Below, piece after piece: positions 1 through 10,032 of a stretch of 64,000 nucleotides of DNA. The notes beneath the pieces were generated by a model. The model was not told where the DNA came from. It made no database searches and saw nothing but the letters and a program-made list of their open reading frames with translations. This stretch comes from Pseudomonadota bacterium. Lineage in GTDB: Bacteria; Pseudomonadota; Gammaproteobacteria; Comchoanobacterales; Comchoanobacteraceae. The stretch is from the NCBI GenBank assembly GCA_036148435.1, contig JAYYHL010000007.1, forward strand, positions 52,830 through 116,829, read 5' to 3'. Position 1 is the first letter of the stretch. Each line of letters starts with the position of its first letter. A program made the position numbers and the translations under genes.

Positions 1-477
1 AGCATTAGCCAACCTGTTATTTATATCCTCCTTTTTTTCTCTAGCTTTGGCTCCATGGCATCCAAAATCATCTCCACTATCTACTGTAAGCGCACCAAAC
101 AATTTCATAACTTTTATCACATTCCTATGTTGTTGACCGTTTTGGTTTTTGGCCTGGTTTCAATCAGCAATAACCTGCATGCCTGGTTCTGTGCTTATGT
201 ATTAATAGGTGCTATTCAAGGACTTGTGACACCGCTTGTCTATATTGCTGCTATGGGATTGCCTGATACAAGATCTCAGCTTTGTGCTCGTGCCTCCGTT
301 AATCTTCTTTATCTATTTTCAGCAGGAATTCTGAGCTTTTGGGTTACTTGTGATCGTGTTTATCATCTGTCCACCACAGCTACTTCTCTGGGTATTTTTG
401 GTGTATCCTTGGTTTTGTATGTTTTGCAATATAGGCTTGGTATTTTTACAAAACGTCAAATCATCTCAAAATCATAG
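1..477 (+). CDS. 3' end of a polytopic membrane transporter gene (MFS-like by topology only), truncated by the window edge
   Basis: Frame 1 is open from nt 1 (SISQPVIYILLFFSSFGS precedes the listed Met at 55). The product is a run of hydrophobic helices (MLLTVLVFGLVSISNNL, LIGAIQGLVTPLVYIAAMGL, LLYLFSAGILSFWV, LGIFGVSLVLYVLQY). No diagnostic motif seen. Confidence 0.4.
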   Translation, partial: SISQPVIYILLFFSSFGSMASKIISTIYCKRTKQFHNFYHIPMLLTVLVFGLVSISNNLHAWFCAYVLIGAIQGLVTPLVYIAAMGLPDTRSQLCARASVNLLYLFSAGILSFWVTCDRVYHLSTTATSLGIFGVSLVLYVLQYRLGIFTKRQIISKS

Positions 478-563
478 CTTATCCCATTAACAGGTGCTAA
501 TACGATTTACACTCGTCGGTTAGGCAACCGTACAGAAACACACTTTACCAAGAAATCCTAATG

Positions 564-586
564 GCTTGGTTTTTCAAAAACCAAGC
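564..586. terminator. perfect inverted repeat GCTTGGTTTTT-C-AAAAACCAAGC between convergent genes (possible bidirectional terminator)
   Basis: Read directly at 564-586, between the stop of the + strand transporter fragment (477) and the stop of the - strand ORF (660). The A/T runs lie inside the stem rather than trailing it, so terminator function is uncertain. Confidence 0.35.
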
Positions 587-659
587 ACCATGGTTCATGA
601 TCGACACCTGACTTTTTCTTTATCTGTAGTTACGACTAGTATCGCTTATCACCCAAACT

Positions 660-926
660 TTAGATATAAGGGTATCTATTTATAATTTTCCACAACATAG
701 TTGCTGGCGTTAAGAAAAAAACTATTAGTCCTAGAACAAGCATTAACCACCACCACCCTATTTTGACCGAATGGTCTTTGCCCATGAGCTTAATAATTAA
801 CCAATACATAACATACGCGAAAAATATACTCAGAAAGATTAGGCCAAATGCTATCTCCAAATTACTCATCATAATCTCTGTCTGCAATTCACTTTGCACA
901 ATACGTGTGGCAGTCTCATCATCCAT
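660..926 (-). CDS. small two-helix membrane protein, hypothetical
   Basis: ORF 660..968. The preferred ATG at 926 is preceded by GAGGGG + A6. Two hydrophobic helices (IAFGLIFLSIFFAYVMYWLII; WWWLMLVLGLIVFFL). Same strand as, and just downstream of, the 983..1855 ORF. Confidence 0.45.
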   Translation of the reverse strand: MDDETATRIVQSELQTEIMMSNLEIAFGLIFLSIFFAYVMYWLIIKLMGKDHSVKIGWWWLMLVLGLIVFFLTPATMLWKIINRYPYI

Positions 927-982
927 TTTTTCCCCTCTATCAACATAAATCCACGATATAACACACAACCTTTACTTGATTG

Positions 983-1855
983 CTATTTTATTAATCTATA
1001 CTTCTTATTCAACTTGTCAGCGATGCTTTTCTTAATCGGCTTAACTGCATAAAGCCGCCATCTGGAGAATCTGTATTTCTTATGAAACACCAAATAGTCC
1101 CATAACAACTGGGGTGATAAATCTTCCCTTGAAAATGGCGCCCCTCTCAAAGAGGTATCATCAATCATATAACTCTGTACCGCTACCAGCATGTGTCGTG
1201 AGTCCTGGTATAATACCAGCTTTTCAAGTCTATCCACTATTTTTATCTCATGATGCTTTCGGGTTTGCTTAAGATTTAAGACTTTGCTTTTCATCTCGTG
1301 ATATAAGTTTTCCCCCGCTGTAAAACCTAACAACCAGGTTCGCTGTTTGCTCAGGGCTTTGTGTAGTCTGTGGTAAGCGTTATCTATTTTCATCCGCCAC
1401 CAACAACGAGGGGATGTCAGGCCTCTCCAGTTTTCCTTTTGCTCGAGGTCGTATTTTGAAAACACTTCACGACAAACATCGGCTTCGTATCGACTAAACT
1501 TGCCCCCACTCTTGGCTGAACTATATCTAAAGTGAAGTAGAAACATCAAGTAAATGGGTAATTGTGAAATCATATAAGTTATCTCCCACCATGATTTTGG
1601 TAAAACATGTGTAATCACAGGTACTTCATAGCAACCATATTCACCACATGTGTATTCACCACCATAATAATCGCCATAATACCTCATGCTACGACTTCTA
1701 ATCCCACCATGAACTTGACGCCTAGTGCTCATGGCTTCTCGCCCAATGAATCTAGATGATTTGGCACTCGTTTTAACTACTAAGCTTTGGGCGTCCATAA
1801 CACCCATCCAAATCAAACTTGTTAATAGCGTATATTTCATAATTTTGTTCATCAT
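983..1855 (-). CDS. hypothetical protein with signal-like N-terminus, no recognised family
   Basis: 290-aa ORF. N-terminus MKYTLLTSLIWMGVMDAQS, a Tyr/Gly/Cys patch YYGDYYGGEYTCGEYGCYE, and a W/R/K-rich remainder. No conserved catalytic motif recognised. Confidence 0.5.
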   Translation of the reverse strand: MMNKIMKYTLLTSLIWMGVMDAQSLVVKTSAKSSRFIGREAMSTRRQVHGGIRSRSMRYYGDYYGGEYTCGEYGCYEVPVITHVLPKSWWEITYMISQLPIYLMFLLHFRYSSAKSGGKFSRYEADVCREVFSKYDLEQKENWRGLTSPRCWWRMKIDNAYHRLHKALSKQRTWLLGFTAGENLYHEMKSKVLNLKQTRKHHEIKIVDRLEKLVLYQDSRHMLVAVQSYMIDDTSLRGAPFSREDLSPQLLWDYLVFHKKYRFSRWRLYAVKPIKKSIADKLNKKYRLIK

Positions 1856-2053
1856 TACTCCTTTAATCCGACTGTTGTATTTTCTCTTATTTGCTATCGT
1901 GATATTTTTGTGAACACACTTGGCTGATTGTTTATAAAAGCCTTGGGTGTTCTTTATCCTTGCGTGATGAGTTATCCGCTTTATTGTTTATGCAGGGTGC
2001 GCTGAGGGAAGGGTTTTGTCAACTATTTTTATAAAAAAACTAGCCTGGTGGCA

Positions 2054-2380
2054 CTAACCTTGAAATTTCCTGACTTTATATCGAGCTTTACTAGTGTAGG
2101 TTGAGGCTGGCTTTTCGTCTTTGTTCTTGATGACATGTAGCCATTTGATCTTTAGGTTTCCTGCTTGGGATTTAATTTGCTTGAGTACCTGATTTGTTTG
2201 GCCTAAGCTGTACCTTGAGTTAGGGTTTGAGCTTGAACTAAAGCAACCAACTTCACTGGCTTGCTTGTGCTGACTACGGTTTACCTGAGCTCTGGCAAAA
2301 GAATGCAAATTAAATGCCATAACCATCACCACCGCAAGGGTAAGTTGCGTTAAGGAAAAGAGTCGCTTTTTTAAGTTCAT
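2054..2380 (-). CDS. small secreted hypothetical protein
   Basis: 108-aa ORF with signal-like LFSLTQLTLAVVMVMAFNLHSFARA and a basic, low-complexity mature part. No family recognised. Confidence 0.4.
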   Translation of the reverse strand: MNLKKRLFSLTQLTLAVVMVMAFNLHSFARAQVNRSQHKQASEVGCFSSSSNPNSRYSLGQTNQVLKQIKSQAGNLKIKWLHVIKNKDEKPASTYTSKARYKVRKFQG

Positions 2381-2505
2381 ATTGTAATCCTGAGAGTTCT
2401 CGTGTTTAAACCGCTTGCTTCTTTGTTGGTGTATGTTAACATATTATTGTATATCAGCGCAACGGTTTTTAAACCTTCTTTTTTAGTATTTAGAACAGGC
2501 AACCT

Positions 2506-3321
2506 ATGTCATTATTCAATGTAACGCATTGTAAAGCACTGTGTTTTGCGGAAACATTCAATTTATCGCTCCTAAATGAGCGCCTAAAAAAGGATCCAGC
2601 TGTTTCATTGCATCGTTTTTCCAAGTTGCTTTTTGTGACCCATAGCTCAGCTCAATTTGAAATGGCCATATTTGAGTATGGGTCTGTTGTTTTTTGGAGC
2701 TGCGCCACTGATGATGTTAACACCACCAGGCAATGGTTAAATCGTTTTGCTAAAACCCACTACCCTAATACAGAAATGGAACAGTTTTTTGTGGTTTCTG
2801 GTGTAGAAAACAAAGTTTATGGTAAATCAATCACATTAGCAACTGACAATATGGCTACTAAAATCGCCATCAGTTATGCACTTGCCCAGGCTGTTAAACT
2901 TAATCAGTATGAGAATACTGTAGAAAAAACCATGTCAGAACTCGAGCATATTCCCGTGTCTTTGTATAAAACAGGACGCATACCCATTAGTCGCCACCAA
3001 GCCTTGAAAAAGACCGGGCAAATCTTTGTAGTTAAATCTCAAATCAACCTTCACAGCGACCTTATTGATACACCTGACTACTTTTGGGACAGGCCCGAGT
3101 GCGAGAAAATTTACATTGAAACGCTAAAAGAAATGGATATGTCTATTAGAATATCAAATCTTAACAGACGACTTGATATTATGAAAAATCTTTACGAACT
3201 TCTGTCTGATCACATACAGCACAGCCACAGTATCCTACTTGAGGTCACTATTGTTATCTTAATCAGCTTTGAGATTATCTTATCACTTGCCAGTATTTAT
3301 CTTGGAAAATTCCACGTCTAA
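2506..3321 (+). CDS. RMD1/DUF155 family protein
   Basis: 271 aa. The FEYGSVVFW motif is typical of the DUF155 core, and there is a single C-terminal TM helix (LLEVTIVILISFEIILSLASIYLG) as in the family. Confidence 0.6.
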   Translation: MSLFNVTHCKALCFAETFNLSLLNERLKKDPAVSLHRFSKLLFVTHSSAQFEMAIFEYGSVVFWSCATDDVNTTRQWLNRFAKTHYPNTEMEQFFVVSGVENKVYGKSITLATDNMATKIAISYALAQAVKLNQYENTVEKTMSELEHIPVSLYKTGRIPISRHQALKKTGQIFVVKSQINLHSDLIDTPDYFWDRPECEKIYIETLKEMDMSIRISNLNRRLDIMKNLYELLSDHIQHSHSILLEVTIVILISFEIILSLASIYLGKFHV

Positions 3322-4583
3322 ATATACAACCGCTTTCTAAGAGGATCACAACCACGCCCCTCCAGCCTTCTGAGGGTGATGTACCACCAAGCCATTAGGT
3401 GCATATACTTGGCTGCTTTCTCAAGCAAAACAACTATCCAAAAAGTCAACAAACTTAGTTGTCCTACCCAGGCTAAAACGATAAGTAGCGGTAGTTTTAA
3501 ACCGTAGGGCCAAGCTAAATTAATGATAGCGGCGGCGCCACCTTGATCCAGTGTCAGTAACCCCTTAGTCATGACTTGGGCGCCTATGTGAAATGGCAAA
3601 CAAAGCATCAACACATAAAACGCCCCTATTAACTCGGTATCGACAAAGACTTCACGAAAGACTGCATCTCGAGCAAACAGTAACAACACCACACAAAATA
3701 ATGATAATATTGATATATTTATAGCCATACGCTTTCCCTCTTGATAAAGTGAACTGATTGCGCCACCTAGGGCACTCCCTACACTATTAATTGCTGCCAT
3801 GGCTAACCCCATACCAGGCACCATACCCAATAGGTTAAATAACAGATATACATAAGACATGGACAGCGTATCCATAATACTTCCAGCAACACGATACATC
3901 ATTACTGTTCCTAAATGGTCACAAAAACCCAGTATGATTAAAGGCCAACTATTTCTCAATATTTTACTTGTCAACGCGCTTGAATCGGCAATACCGACGC
4001 CTCCCTTAATAATCCCTGGGATGAAAATCAGAGCACGTGCAAGCGCAGTTGTTAAAAACAACTGACCTAAAAAACTTAATGATATCTGGTCTAACACCCC
4101 TATCATTAGCGCTACCCCATAATAAGCAGGCCCTAAAAAAGCCATCAATGACGACAACGCAACTATGCCTGCTTGCTTTTTTGCAGCTCTGTTACTCATC
4201 ATTAGCTCACATGCAACTTCTATGCTTGACGCTATCAAAATCATTGATAAATAATTCAGTTGCTCTGAACTTAAAAACCCTTTATGCCAAACGACAAGCC
4301 AATAAGGCTTTAAATATAAAACAAAACAAAACATGCTGACTATTGAAGTCACGCCCACCGTCAATAGATTAGAGGCCATCTGCACATGTCTCGTAACCTG
4401 ATGTTGAACAAGGATGACTTGCATCGAGCTGCCAGCTGCTCTGCCTATAACCTGTAAAAAATACATCATGAGGTCAACGCTTCCTACAAACACCAACTCG
4501 CTAGCTGGCAATGTTGAAATCAACAAAAACTTTATAGATGACCTAGCATTGAGTAGGAGACAACTCAGTATTAATAATGTCAT
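3318..4583 (-). CDS. 12-TM MATE/MOP-superfamily-like efflux or flippase protein
   Basis: 421-aa ORF, almost entirely hydrophobic helices with short loops. Size and topology fit MATE-like transporters. No strong signature motif recognised. 4-nt convergent overlap with the DUF155 gene. Confidence 0.45.
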   Translation of the reverse strand: MTLLILSCLLLNARSSIKFLLISTLPASELVFVGSVDLMMYFLQVIGRAAGSSMQVILVQHQVTRHVQMASNLLTVGVTSIVSMFCFVLYLKPYWLVVWHKGFLSSEQLNYLSMILIASSIEVACELMMSNRAAKKQAGIVALSSLMAFLGPAYYGVALMIGVLDQISLSFLGQLFLTTALARALIFIPGIIKGGVGIADSSALTSKILRNSWPLIILGFCDHLGTVMMYRVAGSIMDTLSMSYVYLLFNLLGMVPGMGLAMAAINSVGSALGGAISSLYQEGKRMAINISILSLFCVVLLLFARDAVFREVFVDTELIGAFYVLMLCLPFHIGAQVMTKGLLTLDQGGAAAIINLAWPYGLKLPLLIVLAWVGQLSLLTFWIVVLLEKAAKYMHLMAWWYITLRRLEGRGCDPLRKRLYI

Positions 4584-4946
4584 TTAAACTTAGGCTTGTT
4601 ACAAGATGTATGGTATAGGCTATTATACCAAACAATTGTGCATAGATGTGAGTAAATCAAAATTCTTCTTCAAATATCTGCCTATGGTTGACGGAGGCGT
4701 TTGAAAAACAGTGTCATGAAGCATTCAAGCACTCTACTAAATCATAAAAAATCCAAATAAGCGTATTTGTATAACTAACCATGATTGTTTGTTTCTGGAA
4801 CATACTGGATGTATAAAAGCGATGGCACCCAAGGTCGGTGTAGTGATATCAATTGCTTTAAACATTATTAATAGTGTTGGCTTAAAAAAAATGATATCAT
4901 GTACTCAATTGTTAATTATGGGAAAAACCAAGTGGTATCCAGCACG

Positions 4947-6104
4947 ATGAGTTTATTTTCTTCAGAATCAGTCTCGCCAGGCCACCCAGATAAAGTAGCA
5001 GATCAAATTGCAGATGCATTCCTTGATACTGTTTTAACTCAAGACCCGAATGCCAGGGTTGCCTGCGAATGCATGGTAACAACCGGCATGGTACTTGTTG
5101 GAGGTGAAGTCTCTACCCACACATGGGTTGATGTTGACAGCATTGTTAGAAAAAAGCTACACGAAATTGGATATGAAAACCATATTTATGGCTTTTCCGC
5201 TGACCATGTTGCAGTCATCACCACCATCAACAAACAGTCAGCTGATATAGCTCAAGGGGTCACTCATAGCAACCCACAGCTTCAAGGCGCGGGAGATCAG
5301 GGGATTATGTTTGGCTTTGCTTGTAATGAGTCACCTAATTTTATGCCACTACCCATCACACTTGCCCATGAACTGATGCAAGCCCAAACGAAGGCTTTTA
5401 AATTAAAACAACTACCATGGTTGGGGCCTGATGCCAAGGCTCAAGTGAGTATTGTTTATGATGGGCATACGCCTATATCCATTCATAACGTTGTGTTATC
5501 CACTCAGCACCTGGACCAGGTTAGCCCAAAAGAAATCAAAGAAGGCGTCATTGATACTATTATTCTACCCAATCTTCCTAAAGACATGATTACAGCTAAC
5601 ACCAGCTTTCATATTAATCCAACCGGTCGATTTGTCCTGGGGGGCCCAGCTGCGGATTGTGGCCTGACGGGTCGAAAAATCATTGTTGACACCTACGGTG
5701 GCTATGCTCGCCACGGAGGCGGGGCCTTCTCTGGAAAGGATCCTTCCAAAGTTGATCGCTCCGCTGCTTATATGGCTCGCCACATTGCCAAAAACATAGT
5801 AGCTGCTGGCCTAGCTGAGAAATGTGAATTACAGTTAGCCTACGCTATTGGTGTTGCCAAGCCTACATCCATAAGAATTGAAACGTTTGGCACATCAAAA
5901 TGTAGTGAACAGGCTCTTGTATCGCTTGTTGATGAATATTTTGATCTGACACCACACGGTATCATTCAATATCTTGCACTCAAGTCCCCCATTTATCAGC
6001 AGATAGCTGCCTTTGGTCACTTTGGTCGCGAGGATCTTAACCTAGCCTGGGAGCAGACTCAACACGCACAAACATTTAAAAGTCTAATATTACCAAAGCC
6101 CTAA
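4947..6104 (+). CDS. metK: S-adenosylmethionine synthetase
   Basis: [23 protein letters not shown] matches the MetK N-terminus. [20 protein letters not shown] and [19 protein letters not shown] motifs are present. ATG at 4947 is preferred over the ORF-track start at 4899. Confidence 0.97.
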   Translation: MSLFSSESVSPGHPDKVADQIADAFLDTVLTQDPNARVACECMVTTGMVLVGGEVSTHTWVDVDSIVRKKLHEIGYENHIYGFSADHVAVITTINKQSADIAQGVTHSNPQLQGAGDQGIMFGFACNESPNFMPLPITLAHELMQAQTKAFKLKQLPWLGPDAKAQVSIVYDGHTPISIHNVVLSTQHLDQVSPKEIKEGVIDTIILPNLPKDMITANTSFHINPTGRFVLGGPAADCGLTGRKIIVDTYGGYARHGGGAFSGKDPSKVDRSAAYMARHIAKNIVAAGLAEKCELQLAYAIGVAKPTSIRIETFGTSKCSEQALVSLVDEYFDLTPHGIIQYLALKSPIYQQIAAFGHFGREDLNLAWEQTQHAQTFKSLILPKP

Positions 6105-6160
6105 ACAAATTCAAGATTGTAATCTGTTTAACCAATAAAACCTTTTTATTGACCTTTTGC

Positions 6161-6691
6161 ATGAAACCCTATAAAATGTCAGGCTATAAACCAAGACTTA
6201 ATCTTTATAGAATGGACCCCAAAGTTACTACTGCCCCTCATGCCGAGCAAACCGAACAATTCTTTACGATTGATCACGCGAACACTCTGGTACCCTTTTT
6301 GGAAGAGACTTTTTTAAAGATACGATTGATGCAACTCATGGTTCAAAAAAACCTAAACATCATTAAACACAAAGGCGTTGGCCACCTGGGCATTAAAGAC
6401 ATCAAAGAACTGAACCACCTCAGCGCGGAATTGGACGAAGAAGCAGTTGATGCTGTGAGTAGCTTACAAGTATTGCTGGAGGAGATTCAAACCAGGGTCA
6501 AAGCCGTGGCTAAAGTTGGTTGCCAGATCGACAACCTTGATCAAGGACGAATTAGCTGGCCCAGTAAACATATGGATGCTCGTATTCAACTTTTATGGTC
6601 GCTAGGGGATACTGTTATAAACCGTTGGCGTTATCCAGAAGATAAGGAAAAACATTATCCTATTCATATGCTCGAGGCACAACTTCTCTAG
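6161..6691 (+). CDS. DUF2203-like hypothetical protein (start uncertain: TTG 6149, ATG 6161/6176/6212)
   Basis: FFTIDHANTLVPFLEETFLKI resembles the FT-x-EEAN-x-LLP N-terminal signature of DUF2203 proteins. The rest is predicted helical. Confidence 0.4.
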   Translation: MKPYKMSGYKPRLNLYRMDPKVTTAPHAEQTEQFFTIDHANTLVPFLEETFLKIRLMQLMVQKNLNIIKHKGVGHLGIKDIKELNHLSAELDEEAVDAVSSLQVLLEEIQTRVKAVAKVGCQIDNLDQGRISWPSKHMDARIQLLWSLGDTVINRWRYPEDKEKHYPIHMLEAQLL

Positions 6692-6849
6692 CACACTATT
6701 TAAGTTACCTTGTAGCATCAACTTTCGAGGCCACTCAACACTCAACCCAGATTAATGCTTATTTGTGAGCACGAGTAGTATAGAAAAGATTTTTTGTCAT
6801 AGTATGCGCAAATTTATTCACGATGAATAAATTGTTTGATAAATTCTGG

Positions 6850-7557
6850 CTATTTGCTACGTTCGCGAACAGTAATTTCATCGATTAACGTGATCAAATG
6901 AGTTGGTCTACAGTGAGCAAACAAACCATGCCCTACTACACCTGTCATTTTTGCTATCCGGTCATCAAGACCAAACGCATCAGCACAGCTCATACCAGAA
7001 CAGTCTATGATGGGATTTCCATCAGAGCTCAAGACGCCAGATCTTCGATTAATTGAACTACACAGAGGAGTAAGACTCCTTGAAACCTTTGAAACTGCCC
7101 ACTCAATTACCTCTATACATACAGGCTTGGTTAAACGCTCAACCACCTTGTGTGATTCAGCAACAACAACAAAAGAGGTAGCCATTTCAGCACACAAGCG
7201 CTCTCCTGTCATGGCAGCGCCACTATGACCCTTTAAACAAACAAAATCTGGATCAATCTCATCAACCCCGTCTATATAGCAATCGATATTGCCAACCTCA
7301 AAAGGCAACACCACCCCTAAGCCAGCTTTTTCGCAATAGTCTTTTGTACTATCAGCTGCTACAACTAATGTATTTGGCTGAATATTCTGACTTACCATAG
7401 CATCTATAACTGCATTGACACTCCTGCCCGCACCAAGTCCTACGATTTGTTGTGAATCTATAAACGTTAATGCCTTTTCTGCAATACGTTGAAGGTTTTG
7501 TTTGGAGCGTATGGGTTCTGAATGATTGGACGCCGTTGGGCCTTTGATCTTAGACAT
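6850..7557 (-). CDS. rpiA: ribose-5-phosphate isomerase A
   Basis: VGLGAGRSV (nucleotide-type loop), YIDGVDEIDPDFVCLKGHSGAAMTGERL, and GVVGHGLFA near the C-terminus are colinear with RpiA. Confidence 0.9.
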   Translation of the reverse strand: MSKIKGPTASNHSEPIRSKQNLQRIAEKALTFIDSQQIVGLGAGRSVNAVIDAMVSQNIQPNTLVVAADSTKDYCEKAGLGVVLPFEVGNIDCYIDGVDEIDPDFVCLKGHSGAAMTGERLCAEMATSFVVVAESHKVVERLTKPVCIEVIEWAVSKVSRSLTPLCSSINRRSGVLSSDGNPIIDCSGMSCADAFGLDDRIAKMTGVVGHGLFAHCRPTHLITLIDEITVRERSK

Positions 7558-7709
7558 GACTTACCTTGTAGAACCTCTAGCAATGATTTAACATAACACA
7601 ATCCTTGACAGAGCACAAATCAACCCAATACTTGTAACCAACTCACAAAACAAATATTAATACTAGCTTAGCACCCAGCTCTTACCCATGAGTCAGTGCT
7701 ATCTCTTGC

Positions 7710-7738
7710 TTGTATGAATCTAAAAACAACCCTATAAT
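7710..7738 (+). promoter_or_regulatory. candidate sigma70 promoter for apaH (TTGTAT-17 nt-TATAAT)
   Basis: -35 TTGTAT at 7710-7715, exactly 17 nt spacer, perfect -10 TATAAT at 7733-7738, about 80 nt upstream of the apaH ATG. Sequence match only. Confidence 0.3.
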
Positions 7739-7820
7739 CTTTTTAAGTCTTTTTTATTTTACAACACACCTAAAGGCCCTACCCTTAGCTTTAACATCTT
7801 TACTGTGGTGATACTCAATT

Positions 7821-8597
7821 ATGGCTGACTACGTTCTTGGCGACATTCATGCAAACCCTAACGCTATCAAAGCCATGTGTGACCTAATACAGTTTAACAA
7901 ACACCATGATCATTTATTTTTCATTGGCGACTTGGTCAACTCAGGCCCTGACAGTTGGGGTGTTCTTGACCTCATCTACCACCATTATATGGATCAAGTA
8001 ACTCTTATTTTAGGCAACCATGATATAAGCTTCATGGCCAAACAAGAAGGCAAATCACTCTCGCCACATCAGCGCCTATTGCTTAGTGTCCTCACCTCTG
8101 GCAAACTTGCCCATCATCACAAAGCCAGCGACTCTTTGCTGGTTCATGCTGGTATCTGGCCCTCATGGACACTCAACACCACACTCAATTTAGCACACGA
8201 GGCTACACTTGATATTCAAGCCGCTTTTAAACGACAAGACCTATCCAAACATCTATACTCAGACATCCATATTTGGTCTGATCGTTTAAGGGGATGGCAA
8301 AGAACCACTGCTATCATTAATATCATGACTCGAATGCGTGTTGTTGATCAAATATCAGGCGCACTGAACCTGTCGTATAAAGGTGGAATATTAAAACAAC
8401 CGGATGGATGCTGCGCCTGGTTTGATCGAATTCAGACCCCACCAACTAAGCAAGTTATTTTTGGCCACTGGTCGCTGCTTGAGCAAAAGAATCACCCCTC
8501 TTTTATCTGTATTGATCATAGCTATACCTACGGAGGTAAGCTCATGGCGTTGCGGCTAGACGATAACCAAGCTTTTTTCCTGGATGCGGGTTTTTGA
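7821..8597 (+). CDS. apaH: bis(5'-nucleosyl)-tetraphosphatase, symmetrical (ApaH)
   Basis: Metallophosphatase motifs YVLGDIHA, FIGDLVNSGPDS and LGNHD. Colinear with ApaH through TRMRV and FGHWS. Confidence 0.85.
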   Translation: MADYVLGDIHANPNAIKAMCDLIQFNKHHDHLFFIGDLVNSGPDSWGVLDLIYHHYMDQVTLILGNHDISFMAKQEGKSLSPHQRLLLSVLTSGKLAHHHKASDSLLVHAGIWPSWTLNTTLNLAHEATLDIQAAFKRQDLSKHLYSDIHIWSDRLRGWQRTTAIINIMTRMRVVDQISGALNLSYKGGILKQPDGCCAWFDRIQTPPTKQVIFGHWSLLEQKNHPSFICIDHSYTYGGKLMALRLDDNQAFFLDAGF

Positions 8598-8633
8598 TTT
8601 TATTTTAGGCGGTAGGTGTGAATAGGGCCCGCT

Positions 8634-8649
8634 CGTTTCACGTGAAACA
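8634..8649. promoter_or_regulatory. parS site 1 (ParB-binding centromere-like site)
   Basis: CGTTTCACGTGAAACA, a 15/16 match to the parS consensus TGTTNCACGTGAAACA. The inner 14 bp are a perfect palindrome. Intergenic between convergent apaH and cca. Confidence 0.8.
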
Positions 8650-8861
8650 ATTTTGACTATCTAGAAACCACATCTTCTTTCATACCTTGTTCATTGGGTT
8701 TTGATCAGCTCTTGGCAGGTGCTTCATGGCTTTTTCAAGTTATTCAGCTTAATCGCAAGCAATAAGAAATACCTCACAAAAAACTTAAACATCATCTTAA
8801 AAACCCTACTCATATTGATGACGAGGTTTTACTTAGAATAGCCAATAGCGTTCAAAACAAG

Positions 8862-9965
8862 CTAGGTCTCCCTTGGCTGATTTATTAAAGTCTCGAGCAA
8901 AGCCAATCTTGCTTCCCTTATTTGCTGTGCGATCACCGTGCCTTTGTATTGACTTATGATGGGTTTTAAATCAAGGTCCCCCAATACTCTTGAATACCAT
9001 GACCAAGCATTCATCACACCCACTGTTGCTAATTGACTTGCCTCTATCAACACGCAGGCTTTTTGAAATCGTTCATGGCGTCTAAATACATCCCATCTAT
9101 AAAACTGTGTTAATAAATGACAAGCTTTTTCTTTTTGGGTTGACCGCTGCTTGGTATAACTGAGTATGTGATTGATCAGAATGCCCAACTGTATTATTTC
9201 ACGCGGTGCTTTGAAATGTTTTAAGTTTTTAGAGTATGATGTAGAATCCAAGTACTGCCCTAGCAAGCAAAAACGCTCAGTACCGTACTGAATTCCTAAG
9301 CGGCCTAATACAGCACTGTCTAGCTCAGGCTTACAATAACCTGGCATGACTACCGGCCAAGCATGGGTGAGCACTAAGGCATCTACAAAGCGACTGGGCT
9401 CTGCTAACGTGAGTGCTTTTCGCCACTCTTGCCAAACACGCTCAGGTGTTAAATAAGACAGCTCGCCTGAGGCAACCATGTGCTGACTTATTAATAACGT
9501 GTCTGGATGAATGCTAAAACCCGGTAGCTTTGCATAAAACCTTGCAAGTCGTAACACTCTTAGTGGATCTTCCTCAAAGGCCTTTGATACGTGCCTTAGC
9601 CATTTTTGACCAAGGTCTGACAAACCACCATATGGATCAATGAGGACCCCGTTTTCGTCTTCTGCCATAGCGTTAATGGTTAAATCTCTTCTCAACAAAT
9701 CTTCCTCTAGCGTAACACACGGTGAGGCATCCACACTAAAACCGTGATATCCATGACCCTGTTTTCGTTCAGTTCTGGCAAGCGCATACTCTTCTTTTGA
9801 TTGAGGATGTAGAAAAACAGGAAAATCCTTGCCCACCTGTTGGTAACCCTGATTAAGCAAATCCTGAGGGCTTGCCCCCACCACAACCCAGTCCCTCTCT
9901 TGAACCGACTTACCAAGCCGTTTATCTCTGACTGCGCCCCCAACCAGGTATGTTTTCATGGCCAT
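8862..9965 (-). CDS. cca: tRNA nucleotidyltransferase (CCA-adding enzyme), short form without HD motif
   Basis: [42 protein letters not shown] and [10 protein letters not shown] are colinear with class II Cca. 367 aa. Confidence 0.9.
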   Translation of the reverse strand: MAMKTYLVGGAVRDKRLGKSVQERDWVVVGASPQDLLNQGYQQVGKDFPVFLHPQSKEEYALARTERKQGHGYHGFSVDASPCVTLEEDLLRRDLTINAMAEDENGVLIDPYGGLSDLGQKWLRHVSKAFEEDPLRVLRLARFYAKLPGFSIHPDTLLISQHMVASGELSYLTPERVWQEWRKALTLAEPSRFVDALVLTHAWPVVMPGYCKPELDSAVLGRLGIQYGTERFCLLGQYLDSTSYSKNLKHFKAPREIIQLGILINHILSYTKQRSTQKEKACHLLTQFYRWDVFRRHERFQKACVLIEASQLATVGVMNAWSWYSRVLGDLDLKPIISQYKGTVIAQQIREARLALLETLINQPRET

Positions 9966-10032
9966 CTCCCTCTTAAGTTATTGCTTTAAGTGTTTATGTG
10001 TAGTACCATTTATACCTGGAAGGATTTTAGAT

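Noticed and set aside
4584-4946. Possible SAM riboswitch in the 363-bp leader upstream of metK.
   Set aside because: I could not find the conserved SAM-I core (..GAGGGA..GCAACC..) or a SAM-II-like pseudoknot. Only a short hairpin GGTATA-GGCTAT-TATACC (about 4611-4630) is present.
7821-8597. The ApaH metallophosphatase motifs read GDIHAN and GDLVNSG rather than the GDVHGC / GDLVARG I remember from E. coli. I considered an inactive enzyme.
   Set aside because: The Asp/His metal-ligand positions and GNHD are retained. The substitutions are at non-ligand positions, so there is no basis to call it inactive.
8635-8648. I first read the 14-bp palindrome GTTTCACGTGAAAC (three copies) as a novel transcription-factor operator or a REP/MITE-like repeat.
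   Set aside because: With one flanking base on each side it matches the well-known parS consensus TGTTNCACGTGAAACA at 15/16, and parAB are encoded nearby. The parS interpretation is sufficient.
9958-10032. Upstream start of the ABC ATPase ORF that overlaps the cca start codon region.
   Set aside because: The extension ([25 protein letters not shown]) is not part of ABC ATPase folds. ATG 10033 has a purine-rich RBS and removes the overlap.
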